Origin: Nitrosopumilaceae archaeon
GTDB lineage: Archaea; Thermoproteota; Nitrososphaeria; Nitrososphaerales; Nitrosopumilaceae
Length of the DNA: 64,000 nt
Assembly (NCBI GenBank): GCA_965214835.1
Contig: CBDCCK010000002.1
Location: forward strand, 192,001 to 256,000
Direction of reading: 5' to 3'
In this document: positions 26,120 to 36,992 of the stretch, piece after piece
Position numbering within the stretch: position 1 is the first letter of the stretch
Layout of the letters: each line of letters begins with the position of its first letter
Position numbers and translations under genes: made by a program
The notes under the pieces: generated by a model
Told to the model about the DNA's origin: nothing
The model's database searches: none
The model's input: the letters and a program-made list of their open reading frames with translations, nothing else

Positions 26120-26550
26120 ATGCGGTACTTCGGGGGAGACAGCTTACGAGGTGATATAGTGATAGAACACCCTGCCGGGAACAGGCCACGTCACTGCACA
26201 GACGGCAATATCGAAGCTAGTCGACATCAAGAGGTTTCCCGCCCCCGAAAAGCTCGTCGCATACGCTGGTCTGGCTCCGTCGCGCAGGGACAGCGCGGAC
26301 AGGCACAGGGGAGGCGGCATGACAAGGCAGGGATCGGCGTGGCTGCGCCGGATGATGGTCAACTCGGCTACCGTCGCGGTGTGGAATGATCCCGGGATAA
26401 AGGGGATATTCAGCAGGGTGAAAAAGAGACGCGGATAGCAAAAGGCAAAGGTTGCAGCGGCAAGGCACATGACGGAGATAATCTGGCACATGCTGACCAC
26501 CGTGGAGTACCGGACGCAGAACCCGGCTCTTATGCAGTGAAAGTATAAGA
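26120..26550 (+). pseudogene. IS110-family transposase C-terminal fragment
   Basis: LPGTGHVTA..DIKRFPAPEKLVAYAGLAPSRRDS..TRQGSAWLR..KAKVAAAR..IWHML with internal stops. Confidence 0.85.
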
Positions 26551-27001
26551 GATGCCCTACACGATGAGATCATCCTGATTTGGAGCACGACACCTGCAAG
26601 GATCCACGGTAGGATCGGGTACGATTTCATATGGGAGTGGCGATTCAAAGTTTTTGAGCACACATGGGTGTAAACTACGCGGGAATACACCTTTTGGTGA
26701 TCAAAGACTATCAGTCGCCACTATGGGCCTCCTCAACAGCGAGCACCTCCACGCGCAGTCTATACTTGTGTCCGTTTGGCGTCACTATGTAAGTGCCGCC
26801 GTCCTGCTGCCACTCGGACGCACGGATCCCTGATGACATGCCGGCCTGAGGTATTGCATGGTATCAGGATGCCTGGACTTGTGGCGGATCCATCTGCGGT
26901 GCCTCGATCCTGCGGGTGGGCACGCCCTCCCACGTTATGCGGCATGTCGTACGCCTTTTTTGATCTACAATTAATTAGCTGAAACATACAACCAAGAAGG
27001 G

Positions 27002-27820
27002 TTGAAGCGAATCGCACTCTTGGGCTGTGGCGCCATAGGAACCCAGATTGCCCTGGCAATCGACTCTGGAAGGATCCCGGCCGCCCTCACCCACATCTAC
27101 GACGCAGACAAGGCGCGATCCGAGTCCCTTGTCTCCAAGCTGGACTCGGATCCGCAGATTGTGGAGAACTCCCACCTGCTGTCGTCCCAGCCCATCGACC
27201 TGGTGGTGGAGGCCGCCTCCCAGGACGCAGTCAGGGACGTGGCGCTGAGCGTCTTGCAGAATCGCAAGGACCTGATGATCATGAGCGTGGGCGCACTGCT
27301 GGATGCGTCGGTCTTTGAAGTCATTGCCGAGGCCTGCAGGGACTATCACAGGACCGTCTACCTGCCATCCGGCGCAATCGCCGGACTGGACGGGCTAAAG
27401 TCTGTAAAAGACGAGATCCAAAGCATATCGCTGACCACCACAAAGCACCCGCGCTCCCTTGTGGGCGCCAAGTTCTTTGAGACGTCTGATGTCGACCTGG
27501 ATGCCATCGACGGGCCGACCAAGGTCTTTGAGGGATCCGCAAGGCAGGCAGTGTCCCTGTTTCCTGCCAACATCAATGTGGCAGCGCTCCTGAGCCTGGC
27601 CACCGTCGGCAGCGAGAGGACCCTTGTAAGGATCATGGCAGATCCGTCGACTGACAAAAACACCCACTCCATCGTTGCACAGGGTGCCTTTGGAAGGATG
27701 ACCCTTGAGATACAAAACGTGTCTGACTCGGCCAACCCAAAGACCAGCAGGCTTGCCATGCTGTCTGCAATCGAAAGACTCCGCCAGATCTGTTCTGAGG
27801 GGATTCAGATTGGCACGTAA
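27002..27820 (+). CDS. nadX: L-aspartate dehydrogenase
   Basis: GCGAIG, VEAAS, PSGAIAGLD, FPANINVA, NPKTS; next to nadA. Confidence 0.93.
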   Translation: MKRIALLGCGAIGTQIALAIDSGRIPAALTHIYDADKARSESLVSKLDSDPQIVENSHLLSSQPIDLVVEAASQDAVRDVALSVLQNRKDLMIMSVGALLDASVFEVIAEACRDYHRTVYLPSGAIAGLDGLKSVKDEIQSISLTTTKHPRSLVGAKFFETSDVDLDAIDGPTKVFEGSARQAVSLFPANINVAALLSLATVGSERTLVRIMADPSTDKNTHSIVAQGAFGRMTLEIQNVSDSANPKTSRLAMLSAIERLRQICSEGIQIGT

Positions 27821-27912
27821 CCTGGCAATAATTGCCGTAATTGCCTGAATTTTAGAAGATTCCGGGTCACGATCTTATTCTTTAAATCCCCTTGTCTTGG
27901 ATGGTTTCTGGT

Positions 27913-28869
27913 TTGCTTGCGCAAGAAACTGCCGGCTTGAAGGAGGAGGTTCTGAGGCTCAAAAAAGAAAAGGATGTCCTGGTACTGGCCCACAACTACC
28001 AGATTCCCGAGGTTCAAGACATCGCTGACTTTGTCGGCGACTCACTGGGCCTCTCAAGGCAGGCTGGAAGGACTGATCACGGGAGAATCCTGTTCTGCGG
28101 GGTTCACTTTATGGCCGAAACTGCCGCAATTATAAGTCCCGAAAAGCGGGTTTTCATCCCAAGCCTTGAGGCGGGCTGCTCGCTGTCTGACTCCATTACC
28201 TTGGATGACTTGAAGAAATGGAAGGAAAGACATCCGGGCGCAGTTGCCGTGGGGTATGTAAACACCACTGCGCAAATAAAGTCAGAGCTGGACTATTGCT
28301 GCACATCATCGAACGCCGTAAGCGTGGTAAGGGCGATACCAGAGGACAGGGAGATCCTGTTTCTGCCCGACATGTTTCTGGGCGCCTATGTCGCCAGGGT
28401 TACCGGCAGGAGGAACATGCGAATATGGGCCGGTGAGTGCCACGTCCATGCGGGAATCACCCCAGACGACGTGCAAAAAAAGCTGGACTCTATGCATGAT
28501 GCAGAGCTTCTGGTGCATCCGGAGTGCAGTTGTACTACGCCCATGCTGTATGACATCGCGTCGGGAGGCTATGAGGGACGCAAGGTCTCAATCCTGTCTA
28601 CTGAGGGCATGATGCAGCATGCGTCAGAATCAAGCGCCAGGGAATTCGTCGTAGCGACTGAGACTGGCATCCTGCACAGGATGAGGCGGCAAAACCCCGC
28701 CAAAAAGTTCGTCCCCGCCTCCGAAAAGGCAGAGTGCCAGTACATGAAAATGATCAACCTGCAAAACGTCCGCGACGCGCTAGTCGAGGACAAATACGAG
28801 GTCAGGGTTCCAAAGGACGTCGCCGACAGGGCAAGGCTCGCAATTGAGCGCATGATTGCCATAAGCTGA
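27913..28869 (+). CDS. nadA: quinolinate synthase
   Basis: LAHNYQ, CGVHFMAE, AGCSL, CCTSSN, HPEC; TTG start after TTTAAAT. Confidence 0.95.
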   Translation: MLAQETAGLKEEVLRLKKEKDVLVLAHNYQIPEVQDIADFVGDSLGLSRQAGRTDHGRILFCGVHFMAETAAIISPEKRVFIPSLEAGCSLSDSITLDDLKKWKERHPGAVAVGYVNTTAQIKSELDYCCTSSNAVSVVRAIPEDREILFLPDMFLGAYVARVTGRRNMRIWAGECHVHAGITPDDVQKKLDSMHDAELLVHPECSCTTPMLYDIASGGYEGRKVSILSTEGMMQHASESSAREFVVATETGILHRMRRQNPAKKFVPASEKAECQYMKMINLQNVRDALVEDKYEVRVPKDVADRARLAIERMIAIS

Positions 28870-28903
28870 ACTTATAATCGTAGGAGTATGCCCGGTTTTT
28901 AGT

Positions 28904-29296
28904 TTGACAGGTCTGTTCGGCAGGACTCCAAAGGATCCTCAAAAGAAAAAAAACGTTGAAAAGATCAAGCAGATGCGAAGGCTAGTCAGGGAGCAAAGGT
29001 ATGACGAGGCGCTAAAAAGCGGGCTGGAATACCTCCAAAAAGTCCCGCACAACCACGATGTCCTCTTCATCGTGGGCGGGATTTACTATATGAAACGGCA
29101 GTACAGATCCGCCCTCATACACCTCGAGCATGCAGCTGAGATCGGCACCTATGACGTGGACGTGCTGCTGCTAAAGGCCAACGTGCACCTGATTCTCGGC
29201 CAAAAAAAGCGCGCAGGGGAGTGCTGCGACAAAATCCTAGAGGTAGACGAGGGCAACAAGGACGCCAAGGAAATCCTGGCAGGGCTAGATCTCTAG
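28904..29296 (+). CDS. TPR repeat protein
   Basis: TPR-like helical repeats. Confidence 0.75.
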   Translation: MTGLFGRTPKDPQKKKNVEKIKQMRRLVREQRYDEALKSGLEYLQKVPHNHDVLFIVGGIYYMKRQYRSALIHLEHAAEIGTYDVDVLLLKANVHLILGQKKRAGECCDKILEVDEGNKDAKEILAGLDL

Positions 29297-30100
29297 GCTC
29301 AGATCTATCCCCATTACGGAGCTTGTAATGCTTCCGACAGAGATCATGTCGACCCCCGTCTTGGCGTAACCGCCTATGTTTCTTTCGGTTATGCCGCCTG
29401 AGGCCTCTAGCCTTACGCTATCCCGGAGTCCCATCCTTTTTAGCTCCCTTACCGTTCCTGTGATCTGCCTTGGCGTAAAGTTATCCAGCATGATGATCGT
29501 CGCCCCGTTTCGTGCGGCGATGACTGCGTCCTTTTTTGTCTCCACCTCTATTTCGACCCGGCGGTGCTTTCTTTTTGCGCGTCCTAGCAGCTCCTCTATC
29601 GACAGTCCGACTGACAGGTGGTTGTCTTTGAGCATCACCATCTCGTCTAGCCCCATCCTGTGCTTTTCTCCCCCGCCTATTCTTACTGCGTCCTTGTCAA
29701 ACATCCGCAGTCCCGGCGCCGTCTTCCTCGTCGCAAGCAGTCGGGTACCCCTCGGGAGCCTCCGTGCCAGTGCGTGGGTCTGCGTCGCTATGCCGCTCAT
29801 CCGCGACAGCAGGTTCAGTGCAGTCCGCTCACATGACAGGACATCCTGCGGGCTCCCGGTTATCGTCATGACTGTCTGGTTTGGCCTCAGCCTGGCCCCG
29901 TCCCTTGTCCTGATCAAGACCCTGCATTTTTTCAAAGCAAAGATCTCCTTTGCAAATCGGACTCCTGCGGCGATTCCCTCCTGCCGTGAGATTATTTTTG
30001 CACGGATCGGTTTTTTTGGCAACAGCGAGCTTGTGATGTCCCCAGAGCGGATGTCCTCTGCTAAAAACCTGGAAAGCTCCCTTCGTAAATCGGACTGCAA
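29285..30100 (-). CDS. nadC: nicotinate-nucleotide diphosphorylase
   Basis: EDIRSGDITS, TRKTAPG, HRMGL, KDNH, MLDNF, EASGGI. Confidence 0.95.
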   Translation of the reverse strand: MQSDLRRELSRFLAEDIRSGDITSSLLPKKPIRAKIISRQEGIAAGVRFAKEIFALKKCRVLIRTRDGARLRPNQTVMTITGSPQDVLSCERTALNLLSRMSGIATQTHALARRLPRGTRLLATRKTAPGLRMFDKDAVRIGGGEKHRMGLDEMVMLKDNHLSVGLSIEELLGRAKRKHRRVEIEVETKKDAVIAARNGATIIMLDNFTPRQITGTVRELKRMGLRDSVRLEASGGITERNIGGYAKTGVDMISVGSITSSVMGIDLSLEI

Positions 30101-30101
30101 C

Positions 30102-30290
30102 TTATGTTACCTTTAGTGCATACTTTCCCTTCTCAGTAATTCCCAAGGTTTTTGCAACGATGGAGTTTGACGGCTCCACCACCAGGACAACCCCGTTCCA
30201 GTCCGGCGTCAGGTCGGATGATTTGCATGCCGGGCAGACCTTTCCTGTTGTAACATACTTGCATTTTCTGCAAGCCATTTCTCTGACCAT
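30102..30290 (-). CDS. spt4: transcription elongation factor Spt4 (RpoE2)
   Basis: ACRKC..CPAC..W.G..GKYALKV. Confidence 0.93.
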   Translation of the reverse strand: MVREMACRKCKYVTTGKVCPACKSSDLTPDWNGVVLVVEPSNSIVAKTLGITEKGKYALKVT

Positions 30291-30315
30291 CTACTTCGCC
30301 TTTGCTTTTGCCTTT

Positions 30316-30894
30316 TCAGGCTTTGGCCCCGCCTCCGGATTCGCCGTCTCCCTTTTTGATTTCTTCTGCAATCCACTCGTCTGCACCCAGGAAGGGCTGC
30401 CTGCACGTAATTCCGATCTTCCCCATCGTAGCTGCCTTGCCCAAGGATACCGCGGTGATTCTTGCGCGCAGCGTCGAGCCGACCTTTAGCGTCCTTCCGC
30501 TCTGGTTTGCAATAATCATGCCGGACTTTACATCGCTCTTCAGATAATCATCCATCACCTGCGACAGGTGCAGTAGTGCGTCAGTCGGACCGATTCTAAC
30601 AAATGCACCAAAGTCTGTAATGTCCACAATCTCACCCTGGACAATCTCCTGTAATTTTGGATAAAACGTTAATGCGTCAAACTCGACTCGGTGGAAGGTT
30701 CCGCCGTCTCCTGCAACCATCTTTCCCATTTCATCCACCTTTGCATCTATGATCATGATGATATATCCCAAGTCTGCGTTGATCATGCTCTCGTACTTTT
30801 CCTTGAGGATGTTCACAGCTGCCTTTTTGAGCGTGGTTCCAAACAGGCTTGGCGGGATCCTTACAACATCAACTAGGGTAGATATAGAAAACAA
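30316..30894 (-). CDS. rpo7: RNA polymerase subunit Rpo7 (RpoE1)
   Basis: VRIPP, S1 domain FGAFVRIGPTDALLHLSQ, CRQPFLG. Confidence 0.95.
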   Translation of the reverse strand: MFSISTLVDVVRIPPSLFGTTLKKAAVNILKEKYESMINADLGYIIMIIDAKVDEMGKMVAGDGGTFHRVEFDALTFYPKLQEIVQGEIVDITDFGAFVRIGPTDALLHLSQVMDDYLKSDVKSGMIIANQSGRTLKVGSTLRARITAVSLGKAATMGKIGITCRQPFLGADEWIAEEIKKGDGESGGGAKA

Positions 30895-30934
30895 CTGTGT
30901 TCAAATTCACGAATTTGAATTTATGAATCTTTGG

Positions 30935-31434
30935 GTAATTTCAGCCAAGTGAAAAGTACCCCAGCCAGGCAGAAAACCAAGGAATTTAGACCGTCTTGGC
31001 AATGCTGGCAGATGCAAGCAGATCAATTGCGGTGCGGCCCCGTACATTGTTCACCTTTGTCAGGCATCCGGGCATGGAGCCTGCCAACAGCAGTGCCGAA
31101 AGGGTGCTGCGCAGGACGGTCATGCAGAGGGGCGTACGGTGCGGCTGCGCACCCCCGCCGCATGTGTGGGATGTTTGGCACCATGATGTCGTGTACGGGG
31201 ACATGGCTCATACGCGGGCCAGACGTGTCGGCTAGGCTAGTCGAGGTGCTTGTGGCGGCCTAGGATTCGCGGTAACTGATCGGGTTCTGGAAGCCGTTTC
31301 TGATTTTAGGCACAAATCCTATTTGATCGGCATTCACTAGTGACAGAATTGACGCCTGAACTTCCAGAACCCGACCTGCTGCGGTTCGTGCCTGTTTCCC
31401 ACCTCAGCCTCCTGTGCTCAACCTAACCGATTAC
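30935..31434 (+). mobile_element. internally deleted IS66-family remnant with a nested MITE
   Basis: GTAA...TTAC ends; TnpC C-terminal fragment LFTFVRHPGMEPANSSAERVLR and MMSCTGTW. Confidence 0.75.
31272..31382. mobile_element. 111-bp IS66-type MITE (family A)
   Basis: TIRs like 49458; degenerate TSD GATTCGCG/GGTTCGTG. Confidence 0.8.
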
Positions 31435-31902
31435 GGTCTCCTAGTATTATTACGCGTTTGAGACGAGGCATGCGCTTTCAGAATACCGGAGAACGTCCAG
31501 TACTCAGCTTGACGTCAGAGGATTCATCCGGAGTGGTTCGATACTTTTCAAGAACTTGCCGGCAGCATGGGACGACAGGCCAGGAACATGCTGAGCCAAG
31601 TTCGGATCCAACGTTGCGGCGCCGCTGACCTCGACGTACGTGGAGCCTGTCTCGCAGGGGCCACGATCACGCTGTGCTCGGAGGCTGCGGGCACATGCAT
31701 GCCAGAGGAGGCCGTACTGCGGCATCCGAGGGCATCCCCCAAGAAGACCGTGCGTAAAGGACGCCAGGCAGACCACCAGGAATTCTGACTATGACAGTCA
31801 AAGGTTCTCGAGGTATTTCATGGTCATATACCAAGCCAGCAGGTTGCCTGCAGGAATTTATGATTGCAGGTATGGATGACGACGCAGGTCCCAGTGGCGG
31901 GC

Positions 31903-32256
31903 TCAGAGCAGTTTTAGCTCCCCGGTAATCTTGTCAATCATGCCCTCCGGGGCGGGTCCTAGTGCGATGCAGGTGGTAGTTCCGGGGGCAATTTGCGTAT
32001 GCCCCGCATCGGTGACCTCAGACCACGGCAGGTTTAGATCAATGGCTGCCGCTTTCACCCCCAGCAGCTCCTTGATTCCAGAAACCCGGACGACGATTTT
32101 TTTCTGTCCGGCCCACCAGGCTTCAAACCACTCAGGGTGAGATTTCCTCACATGCTCGGCGCCTAAAACGCATGCGTGTCCCACCTGGGCCGCAATCTTG
32201 CCCCTGCCCATGCCAAGATCGGTTCTAACTACGATCGCCTGCTTGATCTCATCCAT
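31903..32256 (-). CDS. pth2: peptidyl-tRNA hydrolase 2
   Basis: RTDLGMGRGKIAAQVGHA, DAGHTQI, GPAP. Confidence 0.95.
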   Translation of the reverse strand: MDEIKQAIVVRTDLGMGRGKIAAQVGHACVLGAEHVRKSHPEWFEAWWAGQKKIVVRVSGIKELLGVKAAAIDLNLPWSEVTDAGHTQIAPGTTTCIALGPAPEGMIDKITGELKLL

Positions 32257-32318
32257 GATGGTAAGAGTGTGGAGTTAGAGAAAAACCTTAGCAATGCACC
32301 AATTGTATACTAAAATAA

Positions 32319-33473
32319 TTGGAAGTGAGTAAAAAAACCATGTATGATGTTGTAGTTGCCGGGGGAAGCATAGCAGGCCTGCTGTGTGCAAGGGAGATTG
32401 CACATGATGGTTTTTCAGTTCTGGTCTTAGAGGAGGACTCCGAGATAGGCACTCCGGAGCACTGCAGTGGGCTGGTAAGCAGCACGGGGCTAGGCGAGCT
32501 AGGCATAATACCGTCACAGAAAACCTTTGAGCACGTGGTAAAATCTGCAGAAATTTTTGCGCCTGGTGGAAGGCGCATCACTCTGGACGCAAAAAATCAG
32601 AGGGTGCTGGAGGTAAGCAGAAGGGAGTTAGACAAGCAGGCTGCATTCCAAGCGCAGAAAAACGGCGCAGTGTTAAGAGTAAAGACGCCTGTCCAGGAAT
32701 TCAAAAACGACGGGGTCAGGACAAAGGGTGAGACCATAGGCTGCAGGATCATTGTAGATGCAAGGGGCGTCTCGTCCCTTATCCAAAAAGACAGGGACGG
32801 GATTTTGGCATCTGCACAATATGAAGTCTATGCAGACTGGATCTCAAAGGGCAAAATACAGCTGTTCTTTGATCAGGAAAAATACCCCGGGTTCTTTGCA
32901 TGGGTCGTGCCGTCTGGAGAATCACGGGGAAAGGTGGGGGTTGCGGGAAGGCAGATAAACCCCGCAAGCCGGCTAGAGGAGTTCCTGGAACAGAGGGGGG
33001 ACTGTTCGATAATCAGGAAGATTTTTGCGCCAATATGGGTGAAGGGCCCAATCGGGGCATTTGTTGAGGGAAACGTTGTAACCGTGGGGGATGCCGCCGG
33101 ACAGACCAAGCCAACTACGGCAGGAGGAATATACACGGCGGGGATGGGCGGAATCCTGGCAGGCAGGTCAATTTCAGAGTACCTGAAAACAAATGATCCT
33201 AAAAGGCTAGGCGGGTATCAAAAGCAGTGGAACGAGAGGTTTGGCCGCGAGTTTGAGAAGCAGCTACTTGCAAGAAGGATACTGGAAAGGCTGTGCAACG
33301 ATACGCTGGACAAAATATTTGATGCGGTAACCCCAGAAATGCTTGCAGAGATCTCCGAGCGGGACGACTTTGACTTTCATACAAGCTCAATTGTAAGGCT
33401 ATTGGGACTGAGGGGCTCCCTAAAGACCGCGCAGGCGCTGATTGGAGGGGAAATCAAAAAACTACTCAGATGA
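32319..33473 (+). CDS. geranylgeranyl reductase-family FAD oxidoreductase
   Basis: DVVVAGGSIAG, HCSG, FAWVVP, GDAAGQTKPTTAGGI. Confidence 0.85.
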   Translation: MEVSKKTMYDVVVAGGSIAGLLCAREIAHDGFSVLVLEEDSEIGTPEHCSGLVSSTGLGELGIIPSQKTFEHVVKSAEIFAPGGRRITLDAKNQRVLEVSRRELDKQAAFQAQKNGAVLRVKTPVQEFKNDGVRTKGETIGCRIIVDARGVSSLIQKDRDGILASAQYEVYADWISKGKIQLFFDQEKYPGFFAWVVPSGESRGKVGVAGRQINPASRLEEFLEQRGDCSIIRKIFAPIWVKGPIGAFVEGNVVTVGDAAGQTKPTTAGGIYTAGMGGILAGRSISEYLKTNDPKRLGGYQKQWNERFGREFEKQLLARRILERLCNDTLDKIFDAVTPEMLAEISERDDFDFHTSSIVRLLGLRGSLKTAQALIGGEIKKLLR

Positions 33474-33689
33474 ATGTGCGGGTCCGGCCAGGAAAAACGT
33501 GCATCAAAAAGTTGCACGTTCCGTTTGCAGTTCTGCAGGACTTGATCCAAGCCGGCGCATCTCTGCCCGGCTGGACTGTTGATCAGATACGCCACGGCGG
33601 CCTTTTTAGCAATACGCCCATAGTCCTGTGGCGCCCACATCAAAAAACGGATCATGATTTTGACATATCGTGCCTGTTTTGACACAGGT

Positions 33690-33950
33690 GGAAAGTCCTA
33701 GGACGCCCCACAGGATGCTCTAGAGGGGTTCTTTGAAAGATGCCCGGAGCTTGGGCTGCTCGCGCTCCCCCGCAGGGATTGAACATAACAGTCCATCCCC
33801 CAGGCGATGCTGCAGGTCATAACCTTGATCACCGTGCCCACCACGCCGCATTTTCGGGAGGGGGTAAACTCTTACGGATTGAGCACATGATAAAAGCGCC
33901 TCGTCCTAGCAAGGCGGTGGATCAACCCCTTGCATGTCATGTGCTTGGCA
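33690..33950 (-). pseudogene. highly degenerate transposase remnant (possibly IS1595-like)
   Basis: Broken frame with FYHVLNP*EF and SGHLSKEPL*SILW resembling the ISXO2 C-terminus; weak. Confidence 0.25.
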
Positions 33951-34055
33951 CCGGTTGATCTCTTTTGGTTCGGGGATGCCGTTTTTTTTTTTTGCACGTC
34001 TGGGAAGGCGGAAATTCTAGGGAAGGTATAAATGCGGTAGTCAGAGATTTCTGTC

Positions 34056-34235
34056 ATGTCATCTACCATCTCGTTGCCACTTTGTAGCTGCTGTCACAGA
34101 CACATCATGCCCAATGACAAGTGCGTAAAGTTCAGCTGCCCAGACTGTGGATCGATCCTGATCTGGAGGTGTGAGAGTTGCAGAGAGTCGGCAAAGGAAT
34201 TTTCATGCGAATCGTGCGGTTTCCGGGGGCCCTGA
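34056..34235 (+). CDS. Zn-ribbon protein (DUF1610/HVO_2753-like)
   Basis: [28 protein letters not shown]; usual position upstream of EF-1beta; not in the ORF track. Confidence 0.9.
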   Translation: MSSTISLPLCSCCHRHIMPNDKCVKFSCPDCGSILIWRCESCRESAKEFSCESCGFRGP

Positions 34236-34236
34236 C

Positions 34237-34518
34237 ATGGCACGGCTGCTCCTAGTCTGCAAAATACTGCCAAAGGGAACGGAGGTAAACCTAGACGAGC
34301 TACCGGACAAAATTGCAGAAAAGCTCCCCGATGAAATCAAGACCCGAAACCACGAAAAAGAGCCACTGGCATTCGGATTGTTCTTCCTGAAAATGGAGTT
34401 CATCATGGAGGATGCCGGGGGATTGCTGGACAAGCTAGAAGAGGCCGTAAAGTCCGTAGAGGGCGTCAGCGAGTTCGAGGTCTTACAGCAGAGTAGGATG
34501 TCAGTCGACATGAAATAG
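34237..34518 (+). CDS. ef1b: elongation factor 1-beta
   Basis: KILP..VNLDEL..EPLAFGL..VEGVS. Confidence 0.92.
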   Translation: MARLLLVCKILPKGTEVNLDELPDKIAEKLPDEIKTRNHEKEPLAFGLFFLKMEFIMEDAGGLLDKLEEAVKSVEGVSEFEVLQQSRMSVDMK

Positions 34519-34528
34519 GTGGGGTACC

Positions 34529-36694
34529 TTGGCACGTAATGACGAGCCCCTGCAGATGCGCGTAGGCGAGGCCAAGCAGCGGGATATTGGGAAAAAACGA
34601 GCACGCATAGGTCCGGATGCCATGGACTATCTCAATGTGACGCCCGGGGACATCATTGAGATTCAGGGAAACAAGGCAAGCAGTGCAGTGGTATGGCCTG
34701 CAGACGAGGACGAAAAGCACCCGGACGTTGTCAGGATCGACGGACAGATCAGGAAAAACACCGGCTCGTCGCTAAACGATACTGTAAAAATCAAAAAAAC
34801 ATCTGCCAGGGTCGCAAAATCCATCACGCTGATGCCGGTAAACGATTCAGTCACGGTAGACAAGGAGTTTACCGACTTTGTAAAAAACCGGCTGAGGGGA
34901 ATGCCGCTCTCAGAGGGAGACGAGATCTCGGTCATGATTCTGGGAAACTCCATGGACTTTAGGATCAACAAGGCAAGCCCGAAATCAATTGTAAAGATAG
35001 ACAGAACCACGACCCTTGCAATCTCAGCCGAGTCCATCGACAGAAAGCCGAGGGTGACCTACGAGGAGGTGGGAGGCCTGCAGGCAGAGATCAAGGCCAT
35101 GAGGGAGATAGTAGAGCTGCCGCTACGGCACCCGGAGCTGTTCAACAGGCTGGGGGTGGAGGCACACAGCGGGATACTGCTTTATGGCCCGCCGGGATGC
35201 GGCAAGACCCTCATTGCAAAGGTCTTGGCAAGCGAGTCTGAGGCCAACATGTACCTGATCAACGGCCCGGAGATCATGAACAAGTATTATGGGGAGACCG
35301 AGGCGAGGCTCAGGGACATCTTCAAAGAGGCCAAGGACAACTCGCCAAGCATAGTATTCATCGATGAAATCGACGCGATTGCTCCAAGGCGAGAGGAGGC
35401 ATACGGGGACGTGGAGAAGAGAGTCGTGGCGCAAATGCTCGCACTGATGGACGGACTGACAGACAGGGGAAACGTGATTGTCCTGGGCGCAACCAACAGG
35501 CCAGACAGCGTGGATCCCGCACTGAGGCGGCCGGGCAGGTTTGACAGGGAGTTTGAGATCTCGGTTCCAAACGAGGACGGGCGGTACGAGGTTCTCCTGA
35601 TCCACACCAGAGGCATGCCGATTGCGGGGGGAATAGATCTCAAGGACCTGGCATCGGAGCTGCACGGATACACGGGGGCCGACATCAAGTCACTGTGCAG
35701 GGAGGCGGCAATGAAGGCAATCAGGAGATACCTGCCCGAGATTGACCTGGAGACGGAGAAGATCCCCTCTGAGGTTCTGCAGTCAATGGAGATAAAGCTG
35801 CTGGACTTTTATGAGGCAATGCACGAGGTTGTCCCTACCGCGATGAGGGAGTTCTATGTCGAGAGGCCAAAGGTCTGGTGGGACGACGTGGGGGGCCTAG
35901 AGGACATCAAGAGGACGCTCAACGACAACCTGCTGCTCGGGATGAAGGAGCCCCAAAGGTTCAGCAAGATGGGGATAAAGCCGCCAAAGGGCGCGCTGAT
36001 CTACGGGGCTCCAGGATGTGGCAAGACTCTCCTAGCAAGGGCGCTGGCAACCGAGAGCGGGGCAAACATGATTCTGGTCAGGGGTCCTGAAATCCTTTCC
36101 AAGTGGGTGGGAGAGTCCGAAAAGGCAGTAAGGGAAATCTTCAGAAAGGCAAAGGCGTCGTCTCCCTGCGTTATTATTTTTGATGAGATGGACTCGCTTG
36201 CAAGATACAAGACAGATGAGGGAGGGGCGGGGGAGAGCATCCTCAGCCAGCTGCTCACAGAGATGGAGGAAGGCATCACCTCAAGGGTGGTAGTCGTGGG
36301 AATCACCAACCGGCCGGATCTGCTGGACAGCTCACTGCTGAGAACAGGAAGGCTGGATCTTGTATTGCACGTAAGACATCCAGACGAGAGGGGGAGGCTG
36401 GAGATCATAAGGACGCTTACAAGGAAGATGCCCCTGGCAGGGGATGTCAAGCTGCAGGAGATTGCAGTTGCCACGCAGAACTACACGGGTGCCGACCTGG
36501 CAGCGCTCTGCAGGGAGGCCGCAGTGCATGCAATGCAGAACGATTCTGAAAAGATCACCAGTGCGAACTTTTCTGCGGGCCTCAAAAACGTAAGGCCCTC
36601 GGTGACAAAGGAGGTCGACCAGTGGTACAACACGATAAGGGAAGGTATATCTAACGTGATTCCAAAGACAATGGATAAGACGTTTTACGGTTAA
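34529..36694 (+). CDS. cdc48: CDC48/VAT AAA ATPase
   Basis: N domain plus two AAA modules (GPPGCGKT, GAPGCGKT). Confidence 0.95.
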   Translation: MARNDEPLQMRVGEAKQRDIGKKRARIGPDAMDYLNVTPGDIIEIQGNKASSAVVWPADEDEKHPDVVRIDGQIRKNTGSSLNDTVKIKKTSARVAKSITLMPVNDSVTVDKEFTDFVKNRLRGMPLSEGDEISVMILGNSMDFRINKASPKSIVKIDRTTTLAISAESIDRKPRVTYEEVGGLQAEIKAMREIVELPLRHPELFNRLGVEAHSGILLYGPPGCGKTLIAKVLASESEANMYLINGPEIMNKYYGETEARLRDIFKEAKDNSPSIVFIDEIDAIAPRREEAYGDVEKRVVAQMLALMDGLTDRGNVIVLGATNRPDSVDPALRRPGRFDREFEISVPNEDGRYEVLLIHTRGMPIAGGIDLKDLASELHGYTGADIKSLCREAAMKAIRRYLPEIDLETEKIPSEVLQSMEIKLLDFYEAMHEVVPTAMREFYVERPKVWWDDVGGLEDIKRTLNDNLLLGMKEPQRFSKMGIKPPKGALIYGAPGCGKTLLARALATESGANMILVRGPEILSKWVGESEKAVREIFRKAKASSPCVIIFDEMDSLARYKTDEGGAGESILSQLLTEMEEGITSRVVVVGITNRPDLLDSSLLRTGRLDLVLHVRHPDERGRLEIIRTLTRKMPLAGDVKLQEIAVATQNYTGADLAALCREAAVHAMQNDSEKITSANFSAGLKNVRPSVTKEVDQWYNTIREGISNVIPKTMDKTFYG

Positions 36695-36695
36695 A

Positions 36696-36992
36696 ATGGC
36701 AATCCCGATCAGAAACCAGGTGTTTGACAGGATCCAGGCTGCAGGATCGCTAACGGACGTTGAGCTGTCAAAGGCTCTTGTAAAAGACGAGATAGAGATC
36801 AAGGAGGACAGGTTCAACAAGATACTCTTGGATCTGGAAATCCTGGGGCTGATCAACGTATCCTGGGTTACAAAGGATGCGCGCAGGGTGGAGGTCGCAA
36901 GGCAGGTCGGGGACGAGGACGAGGTGGAAAAGCAGAACCGGGAAATGATGGAAAAGGATTACGAGTCCAGCTTTCCGGGCGCCGACGGCTAG
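36696..36992 (+). CDS. conserved hypothetical wHTH-like protein
   Basis: FNKILLDLEILGLINV; coupled to cdc48. Confidence 0.75.
   Translation: MAIPIRNQVFDRIQAAGSLTDVELSKALVKDEIEIKEDRFNKILLDLEILGLINVSWVTKDARRVEVARQVGDEDEVEKQNREMMEKDYESSFPGADG

Noticed and set aside
26560-27000. tRNA or att site at the element/core boundary
   Set aside because: No cloverleaf or recognisable direct repeat found; looks like degenerate mobile-element debris
31490-31880. Short ORFs between the IS66 remnant and pth2
   Set aside because: No coherent frame or motif; probably decayed IS sequence that I cannot assign to a family
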